The notes beneath the pieces are model-generated. The model was not told the DNA's origin. It worked only from the letters and a program-made list of their open reading frames with translations, and did no database searches. A program made the position numbers and the translations under genes. A DNA stretch of 64,000 bases, taken from the NCBI GenBank assembly GCA_030059665.1, contig JANVYR010000001.1:416001-480000 (forward strand), in the 5' to 3' direction. This stretch comes from Candidatus Calditenuis fumarioli (GTDB taxonomy: Archaea; Thermoproteota; Nitrososphaeria_A; Caldarchaeales; Calditenuaceae). Positions 8,320-18,066 of this stretch are shown piece after piece. Position 1 is the first letter of the stretch. Each line of letters begins with the position of its first letter.

Positions 8320-9894
8320 ATGCGGTTCGAGGACCTCGTCCTGAGGGCAATCGTCTTCATCGCTGGTGCGGTGGTCATGGTCGTGGAGCTGGCGGGTGGC
8401 AGGGCGATAACCGCGCTCTACGGGAGCTCCGCGGTCGTCTGGGGCGGGGTGATCGGCGTTGTTTTGACCGCGCTCTCCTCGGGCTACTGGATCGGCGGCC
8501 GCCTCTCGGACAGGTTCGACCCGAGGAAGGTGGTGATCGCGATGGCCCTGGTTGGTGGGATCTACGTGACGGCCCTCCCGACCGTGACCGCGCTCGCCTC
8601 ATCCGTATTCAGGTTCGAGCTGCTGGAGGAAAGGATCGGATCGGTCCTGAGCGCTTCGATCGTGACCGGAGTTCCGTCGCTGCTGTTGGGAGCTGTCGTC
8701 CCGGCGGCGGTCAAGCAGATCGGTCAGGGAAGGCAGGAGCTCGGAACGGTCTCTGGTAACGTCTACGCCCTCTCGACGCTCGGCAGCATCGCGGGCACCT
8801 TCGGGACCACATTCTTCCTGTTGCAGTACCTCGAGGTGAACTCGATCTTCCTGCTCTCGGGCCTGACCCTCTCCGCGATCGGTCTTGTGGGAGCCGTCCG
8901 CCACCCGGGGATGCTGAAGGCCGGGGCAATCGCGGTGGTTCTCTCGGTGCTGGTCACCTCCCCTTCCTTCCTGGTCTGCACCTCCGCGTACATCGGTGAC
9001 GTGAAGTACGTCGGCGACTCGGCCTACTCCAGGATCGTCGTGGTCGAGAGGGCTGGCACGAGGCTGCTCTACATCAACGGCCTCCTCCACAGCGGCATGG
9101 TCATCGGCGTCCCCGATTCGCTGCCCTTCGCGTACACCAGGTTGTTCGTTCTGGGTCCCCTCATCAACGGGAAGACCAGGAACGCCACGGCGCTCTTCAT
9201 CGGCGGCGGGGGCTTCTCGGGCCCCAAGTTCTTCGCGAGCCATTACCCAGGAATGAGGATAGTGGCGGTTGAGGTCGACGAGAAGGTGGTGGAGGTGGCC
9301 CGCAGGTTCTTCCACCTCGACGAGTTCAGCGACAGGATAGAGGTCGTCGTCATGGACGGGAGGAGGTATCTGATGGTGACCGATGCGGTTTTCGACGTGG
9401 TGGTGCTCGACGCCTACTCCAAGAACTACATACCGTTCCACCTCGCGACGTCCGAGTTCTTCGGCCTGCTCAGATCGCGGGTCAGGGAGGGTGGCGTGGT
9501 CGTCTCGAACGTAATCGCCTCGCTCGCAGGGCCCACATCGGCCATCCTCTGGGCCTACGTCAGGACCCTCACCCAGCACTTCCCCCACGTCCTGATCGTT
9601 CCCGTCTCGAGCGGTGACCCGTATGACGTTCAGAACGTGATCGTGGTCGCGAGCGATGCCCCACTTCCGGACACCAGGACCCTGCTCGACCGCGCATCGA
9701 CCGATCCCGTTGCGTCCCAGCTGGGGCTCGAGGGGCCCATCTCCAGGGCCTTCGTCCCCTCACACGACCTATCTCAGTTTCCGCTGCTCACCGACGGCTA
9801 CTCGCCCATCGAGAACCTGATGAACCCGGTGACGATGTCCCGCTTCGGGGAGCGTTACACGACCGGCCTCGGATCGCCCTCCCTCTGCGCCTGA
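8320..9894 (+). CDS. Fused membrane domain / spermidine synthase-like SAM-dependent transferase
   Basis: About 7 N-terminal TM segments (MVVELAGGR...YGSS...W), then IGGGG motif I, VEVD and DVVVLDAY. Confidence 0.85.
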   Translation: MRFEDLVLRAIVFIAGAVVMVVELAGGRAITALYGSSAVVWGGVIGVVLTALSSGYWIGGRLSDRFDPRKVVIAMALVGGIYVTALPTVTALASSVFRFELLEERIGSVLSASIVTGVPSLLLGAVVPAAVKQIGQGRQELGTVSGNVYALSTLGSIAGTFGTTFFLLQYLEVNSIFLLSGLTLSAIGLVGAVRHPGMLKAGAIAVVLSVLVTSPSFLVCTSAYIGDVKYVGDSAYSRIVVVERAGTRLLYINGLLHSGMVIGVPDSLPFAYTRLFVLGPLINGKTRNATALFIGGGGFSGPKFFASHYPGMRIVAVEVDEKVVEVARRFFHLDEFSDRIEVVVMDGRRYLMVTDAVFDVVVLDAYSKNYIPFHLATSEFFGLLRSRVREGGVVVSNVIASLAGPTSAILWAYVRTLTQHFPHVLIVPVSSGDPYDVQNVIVVASDAPLPDTRTLLDRASTDPVASQLGLEGPISRAFVPSHDLSQFPLLTDGYSPIENLMNPVTMSRFGERYTTGLGSPSLCA

Positions 9895-9927
9895 ACCCAC
9901 TTCCCGTTACCGACAGGAGAGCCTATA

Positions 9928-10623
9928 TTGACCTCGACAGTTCCGGTTTTGAGGGCCGGTCTGTTGTCCGCCTTAGGATCGCTGGTCGAGCGCCTCCTCG
10001 CGGCCCACGGCATAGTTTACGAGGTCACCAGGAAGGATGGTCTCACCGAGATCAGGTCAGAGAGGGTAGTCGCCAGGTTCTCGGCCGACGGAGGGTTCTC
10101 GGTCTCGTTCCGTGACGGCACCGAGCTGCGCGGAGCCGGCCTTGTGGTGGAGGAGGGTGTGGCGACGGTGAAGGTCTCCGAGGGCGGCCTGAGCTTCGAC
10201 TATGCCCACTTCCTGCCGCACATAGAGAAGTGCTCGACGCTGCACGGCCACACGGCCACGGTCTCCGTCGACGTCACAGGTCCCAAGAGGACCGAGGGGT
10301 ACGTGATGGACTTCGGCGTCCTGAAGCGATTGGTGAAGTCGGTGATAGACGAGCTGGACCACAGGATTGTCATCTCGCCGAAGTACGTCAGGGACGTCCG
10401 GGACGGCAGGTACCTGATCTCCTTCGATGGACTGGGCGGGAGCTACGACCTCTGGGTCCCCCAGTCGAGGGTGGCCCTGATCGAGGGCGACTCGACGGTC
10501 GAGAACATATCGGCCCACATAGCCCGCAGGCTGATCGAGTCGATCCCTGTAAGGCCCGTGCTGGTCAGGGTGACCGTGAGCGAGGGCGTGGGGAAGTACG
10601 CGGTAGCGGAGCTTCTGCGATGA
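9928..10623 (+). CDS. queD: 6-carboxytetrahydropterin synthase with N-terminal extension
   Basis: FDYAH, CSTLHGH, VMDFG, LDH and STVEN motifs start only after about 85 residues. Confidence 0.85.
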   Translation: MTSTVPVLRAGLLSALGSLVERLLAAHGIVYEVTRKDGLTEIRSERVVARFSADGGFSVSFRDGTELRGAGLVVEEGVATVKVSEGGLSFDYAHFLPHIEKCSTLHGHTATVSVDVTGPKRTEGYVMDFGVLKRLVKSVIDELDHRIVISPKYVRDVRDGRYLISFDGLGGSYDLWVPQSRVALIEGDSTVENISAHIARRLIESIPVRPVLVRVTVSEGVGKYAVAELLR

Positions 10624-11279
10624 GCTCCGTCAGCAGGCTCGGATACCTAGTGCTGCTATCGGGTGGGATCGACTCGGCTACGGCTCTCTACCTCGTCAGA
10701 AGGAACGCCGCGAGGTGCTCGACCCTCTCGATCCTCTACCACCGGAGGAACAGGCGCGAGGCTGAGGCTGCGAGGGCGATCGCCGAGGCGGCGGGCGTCG
10801 AGGAGCACGTAGAGCTCGACCTGGGATTCCTTCGCGAGGCGGTGGACTTGGGCGCCCAGATCAGGGCAGAGGTCGAGAGCCACGGTGCACCGCTCACCCT
10901 CATCCCCTTCAGGAACCTCGTCTTCTACTCCGTCGGCTGCTACTGCGCCTGGATAAGGGGTCTTGACAGGGTCGTTGCGGGCCACAACGCCGAGGACTCG
11001 CAGCTCTTCCCCGACGTCGGCCGGAACCTTCTGAGCAGCTTCAACGAACTGGTCGGGTCGATGCTGCCGTGGCGCAGGGTTGAGGTCGAGGCCCCTCTGA
11101 TGGGCTTGAGCAAGCTGGAGGTCGTTAGGCTGGCTCTGGAGCTCGGGGTGCCGCTCGAACTCACCTGGAGCTGCTGGAAGGAGGGCGAAGTCCACTGCGG
11201 CGTCTGCGAGGGATGCAGGAAGAGGAAGGAGGTCTTCAGGGAGCTGGGCATCAGGGACAGGACAGAGTACGCCGAGTGA
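10620..11279 (+). CDS. queC: 7-cyano-7-deazaguanine (preQ0) synthase
   Basis: LLSGGIDS, IPFRN and WSC...HCGVCEGC motifs. ATG overlaps the queD stop (ATGA). Confidence 0.92.
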   Translation: MSSVSRLGYLVLLSGGIDSATALYLVRRNAARCSTLSILYHRRNRREAEAARAIAEAAGVEEHVELDLGFLREAVDLGAQIRAEVESHGAPLTLIPFRNLVFYSVGCYCAWIRGLDRVVAGHNAEDSQLFPDVGRNLLSSFNELVGSMLPWRRVEVEAPLMGLSKLEVVRLALELGVPLELTWSCWKEGEVHCGVCEGCRKRKEVFRELGIRDRTEYAE

Positions 11280-11289
11280 GGTCGAGTCG

Positions 11290-12759
11290 TCAGGTGGGCC
11301 TCAGCAACCTCACCTTCCTGACCCTCACGGAGGGGCCTCCGAACCACACGGGTATCGCCTGCATGGGCTCACCCTTGCCGCAGTAGCCCGCGGTCATCTC
11401 CAGGTCCTTGCCTACTGCGTCGATGGAGGAGTAGAGGCCCTTCGTCGTTATCTCGAGGATCGGTTTGTAAACTGGCTCAGCGAGACGGCCGTTCCTGATC
11501 AGGTACGCCTCGACGCCCGTGTAGCGCTGGTTCCACCTCTTGTCGTCGATGTTCCACTCGGAGTAGGTCTTGATGTAGACGCCGAAGGAGATGCCCTCGA
11601 TCAGCTCCTCAAGCGAGTGGTCGCCTGGCTTCATGTAGGTGTTCGCCATCCTCACGATGGGCTCCCGGTCGTAGGCGCTCGCCCTAGATGCGCCGTTGCT
11701 CTTGGTTCCGAGGACGGCCGCGGTCTCCCGGTTCTGGAGGAGCTCCCTCAGCACGCCCCGCTCGATCAGAACCCTCTCCCTCGCCTTGACGCCCTCCTCG
11801 TCGTAGAGGTAGAAGCCGTAGGAGCCCGGAAGCGTGGGGTCGTCGACGACCGTGACCGCATCGGATCCTATCCTGGTACCCAGGAGGTCCGGCTTGATGT
11901 AGGTCTCGCCGGCCTGAGCCGCCTCCCTTCCGAGCATCCTATCGGCCTCTCCGGGATGGCCCGCCGATTCGTGGCAGATCAACCCGACCACCTCTGGTCC
12001 GAGGACGACGTCCATCTCACCCTCAGGAGGCGCAATGCCCTTCCGGAGAACCAGGCCAACGGCCTCCGCGTCCTCCCTCAGGTAGTCGTCGAGCCTCCAC
12101 CTCTCGAACCCCTCCCACCCCCTGGACTCCCCTAGGTCCTTGTGCCTGAAGATCGACCTGCCGTCGGAGGCGAGCTGGTAGAAGAAGCTGATTGCGACCC
12201 TAGGGATCCAGGAGTAGACGTCGGCACCGTCAGAATTGATGACGTGCTTCTCCGTGTGGCCGCAGGTGAGGCCGATGAACCTAGATGGCGCCTCCACCCC
12301 CGAACTCCGGGCCCCCTCAAGCAGCCCCTGATCAGCGGCCCTCAGCGCCTCCACCCTGTCCTGGACGTCGACGTGCTCGAACCTCACCCTCGGCCTGACC
12401 AGCACTTTGTCTTTCCCGAGGTTTTCCTCGCTCATCTCAATGGGCCTCTTCACGAGCCTCGCCGATGCCCTTGCCAGCGCCACAGCCCTCTCGACGGCGT
12501 TCCTCACCGAGTTCTGCTTCAGCCTGTTGGTGGACGCGAACCCCATCGCGCCGTTGACGATGACCCTGACGGCGATGCCCGAGTTGACCGAGCTTCCTCC
12601 AGCGACGGGGAAACCGTTCCTGAGGCTCACCTCCTCGTGGTAGTCGAGCTGATACCTCGCCTCAGCGTAGCTCGCGCCGAGCGAAAGGGCCTTCTCGACC
12701 GCCGACCTCAGTAGGTCCTCCGGAGTCCCTCCGCGCTCCTCCTCTCCACGTCTCGCCAC
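11290..12759 (-). CDS. tldD: TldD-family metalloprotease
   Basis: HESAGHPGEAD metal motif, VVDDPT...YDEEG and RMANTY. Start position uncertain. Confidence 0.9.
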   Translation of the reverse strand: MARRGEEERGGTPEDLLRSAVEKALSLGASYAEARYQLDYHEEVSLRNGFPVAGGSSVNSGIAVRVIVNGAMGFASTNRLKQNSVRNAVERAVALARASARLVKRPIEMSEENLGKDKVLVRPRVRFEHVDVQDRVEALRAADQGLLEGARSSGVEAPSRFIGLTCGHTEKHVINSDGADVYSWIPRVAISFFYQLASDGRSIFRHKDLGESRGWEGFERWRLDDYLREDAEAVGLVLRKGIAPPEGEMDVVLGPEVVGLICHESAGHPGEADRMLGREAAQAGETYIKPDLLGTRIGSDAVTVVDDPTLPGSYGFYLYDEEGVKARERVLIERGVLRELLQNRETAAVLGTKSNGASRASAYDREPIVRMANTYMKPGDHSLEELIEGISFGVYIKTYSEWNIDDKRWNQRYTGVEAYLIRNGRLAEPVYKPILEITTKGLYSSIDAVGKDLEMTAGYCGKGEPMQAIPVWFGGPSVRVRKVRLLRPT

Positions 12760-13019
12760 CCCGAGCTCACCTCTTCCGCCATCCTCCTCGCGGTCTCAGT
12801 TATGGACTTTGCCCTCTCCAGCATCTCGGAGAGCTCTGGCCTGAGGTCGTCGGGAAGCTCGGGGTCCTTGAGGGCGTCCAATAGCGCGGCCGTCAGCTCC
12901 TCCGCCTTCGATTGGACGAAGTCGAGCCTCGATCCCGACCTGAGGAAAGACTCCAGGAGCTTGATCGTCTCGCGCGCCTCCTCGACGAGCCCCGTTAAAC
13001 TCTTCGCCCGTTCCGGCAT
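12708..13019 (-). CDS. Hypothetical helical protein
   Basis: 103 aa amphipathic helical pattern with host-like codons; overlaps the tldD start. Confidence 0.55.
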   Translation of the reverse strand: MPERAKSLTGLVEEARETIKLLESFLRSGSRLDFVQSKAEELTAALLDALKDPELPDDLRPELSEMLERAKSITETARRMAEEVSSGWRDVERRSAEGLRRTY

Positions 13020-13143
13020 CCTCGTCCATCAACTGGAGAGATCACCGTGTAATATGGATTCCCGGACCAACCGGCCCTTGCAGCAGGACGCACCTACATA
13101 TCGGCTGAAGCGGTGTTGTCTCAGGATGCGGGAAGGATTCCCG

Positions 13144-13875
13144 ATGGGCCTGGGGAGGGAGGAGCTCTACGCGATGCTGTACGAGTGCGTGGCGAGGTCG
13201 CCCGGTTTCCCCTCCCTCAAGGCGAAGGTCCTCGAGGTGGTGATGAGGAGGCCCTACGTCACGCAGCAGGAGCTCGCAGCAGCCCTGAACCTCACTCCGG
13301 GTCAGGCGCTGATCGCCCTCAGGTCCGTCAGGTTGTGGTGCCATGAGGTCGAGACTGAGGTGAGGCTCTCCCGCAGGATAACGCCGATCTACCGGAGGGG
13401 TGCCATAGGAGGGACCTTCGACAACCTTCACTTGGGCCACTTGGCGCTCCTGAACGCGGCCTTCAGGTCGGCGGAGCGCGTCTTCATCGGCCTAACCACC
13501 GACGACTTCGTCTCCTCAGTTGGGAAGCGCGGCGTCGCGCCCTACCAGGAGAGGAGGGAGGAGCTCGAGAGGGTGCTGGAGCGGTGGGGTTGGCTGAGCA
13601 GGGCCGAGATAGGAGCGCTCTCCGATGAGCTCGGGCCGCCAGCGGAGGATCCGTCGTTCGACGTCATCATCGGAAGCCCCTTCACGCTCGCCAACTGCCT
13701 CAAAGTCAACGCCGTCAGGATCGAGCGCGGCCTGCCGCCGATCGCTGTGGAGTTATCGCCGATGGTCCTGGCCGAGGACGGGTTGCCCCTCTCGAGCACG
13801 AGGATAAGGGCCGGGGAGGTGGACAGGTATGGGAGGCTCACAGGATCCCGAGCACGAGGAGGACCAACAGCGTGA
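13144..13875 (+). CDS. coaD: Phosphopantetheine adenylyltransferase (archaeal type) with N-terminal winged-HTH-like domain
   Basis: GGTFDNLHLGH, IGLTTDDF and LSSTRIRAGEVDRYG motifs, preceded by KVLEVVMRRPYVTQQELAAALNLTPGQALIALRSV. Start is ATG 13144 or 13126. Confidence 0.85.
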   Translation: MGLGREELYAMLYECVARSPGFPSLKAKVLEVVMRRPYVTQQELAAALNLTPGQALIALRSVRLWCHEVETEVRLSRRITPIYRRGAIGGTFDNLHLGHLALLNAAFRSAERVFIGLTTDDFVSSVGKRGVAPYQERREELERVLERWGWLSRAEIGALSDELGPPAEDPSFDVIIGSPFTLANCLKVNAVRIERGLPPIAVELSPMVLAEDGLPLSSTRIRAGEVDRYGRLTGSRARGGPTA

Positions 13876-14740
13876 CCGAGGCCGCCGAGAAGGCCCAGAG
13901 TCCGCTCGAGCCCGTCAGCCTCTTCATCGCCCAGACCGAGTAAACGACGAGCCAGAGCCAGGACGCGACCGACGCCGCGATCGAGACGGGATCCCGGCTG
14001 ATCGGAGGATAGAACCTGTAGGAGACAAGGGAGTCGTACGTTATCAGGTCGTATTTCGCCATCACGAGCTCCGCGTCGCCGATCGTTGTTATCTCGAGCC
14101 CTTTCCTGACGCTGACGTCGGACAGCCTCACGACCGGTCTGATAGAGCCCGGTTCTCCCGATCCGTTTCGAAGGGCTTCATCCCCTCCCTCGACGAACGC
14201 TGTGACGCGTTCGGCCCTCAGGATCAGGGCCTCTCCCTCGACGGTCACGTTTCCCTGCTGGACCAGCACGTAGGTCACGTTCTCGAGCTTAAGTCCCGTG
14301 AGCTCGAACCCTACCACATAGACGTCCCTCTCCGGGAGGGCTACGTTGTACGCGAGCAGGAATGCGGATGCGATGCCGACCGCGACGGTTGCATGGAGGA
14401 CGGCGCTCACCAGCTGCGCCGAGAAGCCCCGGGTGGGTTTGCTGACGTAAACGATCGTCGCCAAAACGAACATGGTGACGACCGTGCCGATGACGACGTA
14501 TCCCAGCCCGGAGAACGCAACGTCCCTCGGAGACGTGAACGGGAAGTAGACGCCGCTCAAGACCCCGTTGAAGGGGTTGATCCACCTGGTCTTCACGGTC
14601 AGGGAGTAGACGTAGGAAAGGGTCGCGACCGCCGATGTTAGCCCGAAGACGAGGAAGGCCCTCCTCATCCTGACCCCGACCTCGAGCTCCGACGCGAGCC
14701 TCCTGGGGTCGAGCACCCCGATGATCTCCGTCCATCGCAT
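13838..14740 (-). CDS. Polytopic membrane protein (Yip1-like topology with an inserted soluble domain)
   Basis: Several TM segments; ATG overlaps the nth stop (ATGA). Confidence 0.55.
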   Translation of the reverse strand: MRWTEIIGVLDPRRLASELEVGVRMRRAFLVFGLTSAVATLSYVYSLTVKTRWINPFNGVLSGVYFPFTSPRDVAFSGLGYVVIGTVVTMFVLATIVYVSKPTRGFSAQLVSAVLHATVAVGIASAFLLAYNVALPERDVYVVGFELTGLKLENVTYVLVQQGNVTVEGEALILRAERVTAFVEGGDEALRNGSGEPGSIRPVVRLSDVSVRKGLEITTIGDAELVMAKYDLITYDSLVSYRFYPPISRDPVSIAASVASWLWLVVYSVWAMKRLTGSSGLWAFSAASVTLLVLLVLGIL

Positions 14741-15465
14741 CAACTGCCGCCAGCCGCCCGACGATAATAACCGCACAGGTCAGAGAGGACGCAACGGTCG
14801 CAGAGGGGCCTCCTGCTCCTGCAGACGGAGCGGCCGTGGGCTATCAGGAGGAGGTGGGCCTCGTACCTCGTCCCGGGTGGGAAGACCTCCTCGAGCCTGC
14901 TTTTGATGCGCTCGTAACTCTCCCGCTCACCGACGAGACCGAGCCTCTGGGCTACTCTCCTGACGTGGGTGTCGACCGGTATAGTGTCGAGAGTTCCGGT
15001 GCTCGAGAGGAGGACGTCGACCGTCTTCGGGCCTATGCCCTTGACCCTCAGAAGCGCTTCCCTCGCCGCGTCCGGTCCGCTCTCCAGGAGGCCTTTGAGG
15101 TCGGGATCTCCAAGCCTCAGCGCCAGCGCAGCGAGCTCCCTTATGGCCCGGGCCTTGGCATCCGCGAGGCCCGCAACCCTGATCGCACGGGCTATCCTCC
15201 TGAGGCCTGCCCTCACGAGGGCCTCGGGGGTCAAACCGACCGACCGCTCCAGCTCGGAGTAGGCCCTCATCGCTGCCTTATCGGTCGAGTTCTGAGAGAG
15301 GATCGTCGCCACGAGGACCCTGAAGGGGGAGCCGGTGGTCAGGTTGACGTAGCTCGAGACGAAGTCCTCCATTTTCAGCCTGTGAGCGCGCCTGAGCCTC
15401 TCGAGGACCTCCTTTCCCAGATCGCCCCCACCCTTGATGGCCCCGCCTATCCCCTCCCCGCTCAC
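14740..15465 (-). CDS. nth: Endonuclease III
   Basis: ILSQNSTD, HhH LLRVKGIGPKT, PVDTHV and 4Fe-4S motif CRSRRPLCDRCVLSDLC. Start uncertain (up to 15507). Confidence 0.92.
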   Translation of the reverse strand: MSGEGIGGAIKGGGDLGKEVLERLRRAHRLKMEDFVSSYVNLTTGSPFRVLVATILSQNSTDKAAMRAYSELERSVGLTPEALVRAGLRRIARAIRVAGLADAKARAIRELAALALRLGDPDLKGLLESGPDAAREALLRVKGIGPKTVDVLLSSTGTLDTIPVDTHVRRVAQRLGLVGERESYERIKSRLEEVFPPGTRYEAHLLLIAHGRSVCRSRRPLCDRCVLSDLCGYYRRAAGGS

Positions 15466-15543
15466 CCGCCTAGGGCCGCTCGCTCCCCAGATGAACCCTA
15501 CCGTCACAACGGTTTATGACCGGAGGGTTTCACGGTTTACTAG

Positions 15544-15972
15544 ATGTCGTCCTCGCCCAAGAGGCTCGAGAGGTCAGATCGGAACAGGGTCATAGCTGGC
15601 CTCTTCGGCGGCCTCGGCGAGTACCTGAACGTCGACCCCAACATCCTGCGGCTTGCGGGGGTCGCCCTCCTGATCGTCGCGCCAGCGGTGACGGTCCTGC
15701 TCTACACCATAGGCGTCCTCCTCGTTCCCAAGTCTGGCGGGAAGCCCTACATCGGACCCGAGATCGAGATGTCAGCTGTAGGACCAGCGATAGTGGGCGT
15801 CGTGCTGGTGTTCCTGGGGACAGCGTTGATGTCGCCGTTCCTCGCAGCGGCCGGAATCTGGTTCTCCCCCATAACGATCAGGACCACGCTCCTCACCGTC
15901 TCGTTCGCTGCCGGTGCGCTCCTCTTCCTCATCGGAGCCGTGATCCTACTCACGCACCTCAGGAGGCTCTGA
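15544..15972 (+). CDS. PspC-domain membrane protein
   Basis: RLERSDRNRVIAGLFGGLGEYLNVDPNILRL plus TM segments. Confidence 0.85.
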   Translation: MSSSPKRLERSDRNRVIAGLFGGLGEYLNVDPNILRLAGVALLIVAPAVTVLLYTIGVLLVPKSGGKPYIGPEIEMSAVGPAIVGVVLVFLGTALMSPFLAAAGIWFSPITIRTTLLTVSFAAGALLFLIGAVILLTHLRRL

Positions 15973-15984
15973 GGCCCGAGCGGC

Positions 15985-16446
15985 TCACTCCACTGGCGTC
16001 CTCCTCTCCTTCGGTATCTGCGGGTGGACCTTCCCGTCCCTCGAGACCTTCCCGCTCCCCGCGAAGAGCGGTCCGTGTCGGGCCACCACGAAGCTCGCCT
16101 CGGGATCCGCTCCGAGCTCCGAGATGTCTATCGGTTGACCGGACGCCCACCTCTCGAGCTGCGCGGCGTTGAGCTCGACCACGTTCCTCCTCAACCTCGG
16201 ACCGAACAGCTGGGATCCCTCGACGGAGAGGTAGAGGCCGAACTTGGTCCGCTTGAGGACGTAGAGACCCAGAGCCTCCACCTTCCCGATCCGCTGCGCC
16301 GTCTCGTACGCCTCCCTGGTGACAGCCCTTACCTTGCCCTCGGAGGCCTCGACGAGGACGAGGTCCTGCGGAATCTCGTCAATCCCGAACTCCCTCTCCA
16401 GCAGCTCCAGCAGGGCCTTCCGGTCAGACCGATCGAGGACCTTCAC
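15985..16446 (-). CDS. NIP7/PUA-like RNA-binding partner of NOL1/NOP2 methyltransferase
   Basis: GLY...LSVEGSQLFGP...NVVEL...W..G pattern; 4-nt overlap with the methyltransferase gene. Confidence 0.7.
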   Translation of the reverse strand: MKVLDRSDRKALLELLEREFGIDEIPQDLVLVEASEGKVRAVTREAYETAQRIGKVEALGLYVLKRTKFGLYLSVEGSQLFGPRLRRNVVELNAAQLERWASGQPIDISELGADPEASFVVARHGPLFAGSGKVSRDGKVHPQIPKERRTPVE

Positions 16447-17390
16447 CGCGTCTCACCCTTCTCGATCAGCGCGACGAAGAAGCCCTCGCCGCCGTTGTCG
16501 TAGGGATAGCACTTGAAGCACTTGGCTACCTCGGGGTCGAACCGGATTCCGCTCCACTCCTCCAGGGGCCGCCTGACCTTGAGGCCCTCTGGTCTGAACT
16601 CGAGCACCCTCGCACCAGACCTCCTGCTCAGGAGCTCTGACACAACCCACTCGTTCTCGAGAGGGTGTATGGTGCACGTAGAGTACACGACCCTGCCCCC
16701 TGGGGACGTCGCGTCGTAGGCGGAGAGCAGAAGGGAGAGCTGGAGGACCCTGACGCGCTCCGTTATCCCGTGGGAGTAATTCTTTGCGGCCGCCCAGTCC
16801 TTCATCACGATCCCCAGCGAGCTGCAGGGGACGTCGCAGAGCACCCTGTCGAAGCTCTCCCTCATCCTCTTCCCGAAGTACCGGCCGTCCTTCAGCGTGA
16901 CCACGCAGTTCATCACGCCCCAGCGCTGAAGGTTCGAGATCAAGGGTCTGATCCGCTCGGTCGAGGCGTCGTTGGCGACTAGGACACCCGAGTTCTCCAT
17001 CAGCTGGGCGATCTGGGTCGACTTGCTCCCGGGCGCAGCGCATAGGTCGAGCACCCTCTCTCCCGGCCTCGGGTCAAGGGCCTCAACCGGGACCATCGAT
17101 ATCGGCCCCTGGATGTAGATCAGGCCGAAGAGGTGGGGGACCGTAGCTCCGAGCTCCTCACGCTCGGCCCTGTTCGCCCTGTACGCGTGCCTCGCCCAGG
17201 ATATCCGTTCCACCTCCCAACCCCTCTCCCTTAGGAACGAGACTATCACCTCCTCTGGGAGCTTCAGCGTGTTGACCCTGAACGTCTCCGGCAGCGGTCT
17301 CGTCATCGCATCGAGGTACAGGTCGACGTCCACGTCCGGGAGGCTCTGGAGGAGGGCCAACAGATCCTCCGATACCGGAATCCTGCTCAC
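16443..17390 (-). CDS. RsmB/NOL1/NOP2 RNA m5C methyltransferase
   Basis: VLDLCAAPGSKS, DRVLCDVPCS and YSTCT motifs. Confidence 0.92.
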   Translation of the reverse strand: MSRIPVSEDLLALLQSLPDVDVDLYLDAMTRPLPETFRVNTLKLPEEVIVSFLRERGWEVERISWARHAYRANRAEREELGATVPHLFGLIYIQGPISMVPVEALDPRPGERVLDLCAAPGSKSTQIAQLMENSGVLVANDASTERIRPLISNLQRWGVMNCVVTLKDGRYFGKRMRESFDRVLCDVPCSSLGIVMKDWAAAKNYSHGITERVRVLQLSLLLSAYDATSPGGRVVYSTCTIHPLENEWVVSELLSRRSGARVLEFRPEGLKVRRPLEEWSGIRFDPEVAKCFKCYPYDNGGEGFFVALIEKGETR

Positions 17391-18019
17391 TTCAGAACCT
17401 CACCCGTCGAGGCGTACCAGAGGAGGAGGTCCAGTTCCTCAGGACTCATCCCTAGCTCTCCGGAGAGCGCCAGGAACCTCTGCTCCAGCTCGAGGTAGGT
17501 CCGGCGGGTCAGTGACCTCGGAACCCTCTCGATGGCTCCCAGCACCTCCATCCAGCGGAGAACGTGTCTGTCGAGGACCGCGATTCCGGTGAAGCCGACG
17601 TTCCTCATGAAGTGAGAGGCCTCCTTCAGCCCGAAGCCCCAGACCCTCTCCACCAGCGCGTCCCTCACCGATCCCGTCTCCCCCTGCAGGAGGGCGACCA
17701 GCACCGCTGGTTCTCCTCTGAGAAGACGTCTGTTCAGGACGAGGTAACGAGCCTTCCGGACGTGGAACCTTATGCCGTTCCTCCTCATCACCTCCGCGAC
17801 CTCCGAGGCCCGACCCGAGAGGAGGAGGCCTGAGGCTTTCAGCTCGTCGATCGCCCTGAGCGCCGCCTTAGCTTTGGACTGGGGCGTCATGACGCAGAAG
17901 GCCAGCTCCTCGAAGAGCCTGAAGGGGTCGCTCCTGTCGACGGACCGGAACTCCGCGATCCTCCGCTCGATCAGCCCCCGCACCTCCTCGTACGCCCTCA
18001 GCAATCGCTCCAGGGCCAT
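17387..18019 (-). CDS. ogg: 8-oxoguanine DNA glycosylase/AP lyase (archaeal Ogg type)
   Basis: FEELAFCVMTPQS, IRFH..KARY, GFGLKEASHFMRNVG and LDRH motifs. Confidence 0.9.
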   Translation of the reverse strand: MALERLLRAYEEVRGLIERRIAEFRSVDRSDPFRLFEELAFCVMTPQSKAKAALRAIDELKASGLLLSGRASEVAEVMRRNGIRFHVRKARYLVLNRRLLRGEPAVLVALLQGETGSVRDALVERVWGFGLKEASHFMRNVGFTGIAVLDRHVLRWMEVLGAIERVPRSLTRRTYLELEQRFLALSGELGMSPEELDLLLWYASTGEVLK

Positions 18020-18066
18020 CCGGAGCTAAGTGATGCGCTTGACTTTTAGCACTGACACCGGGCCGG

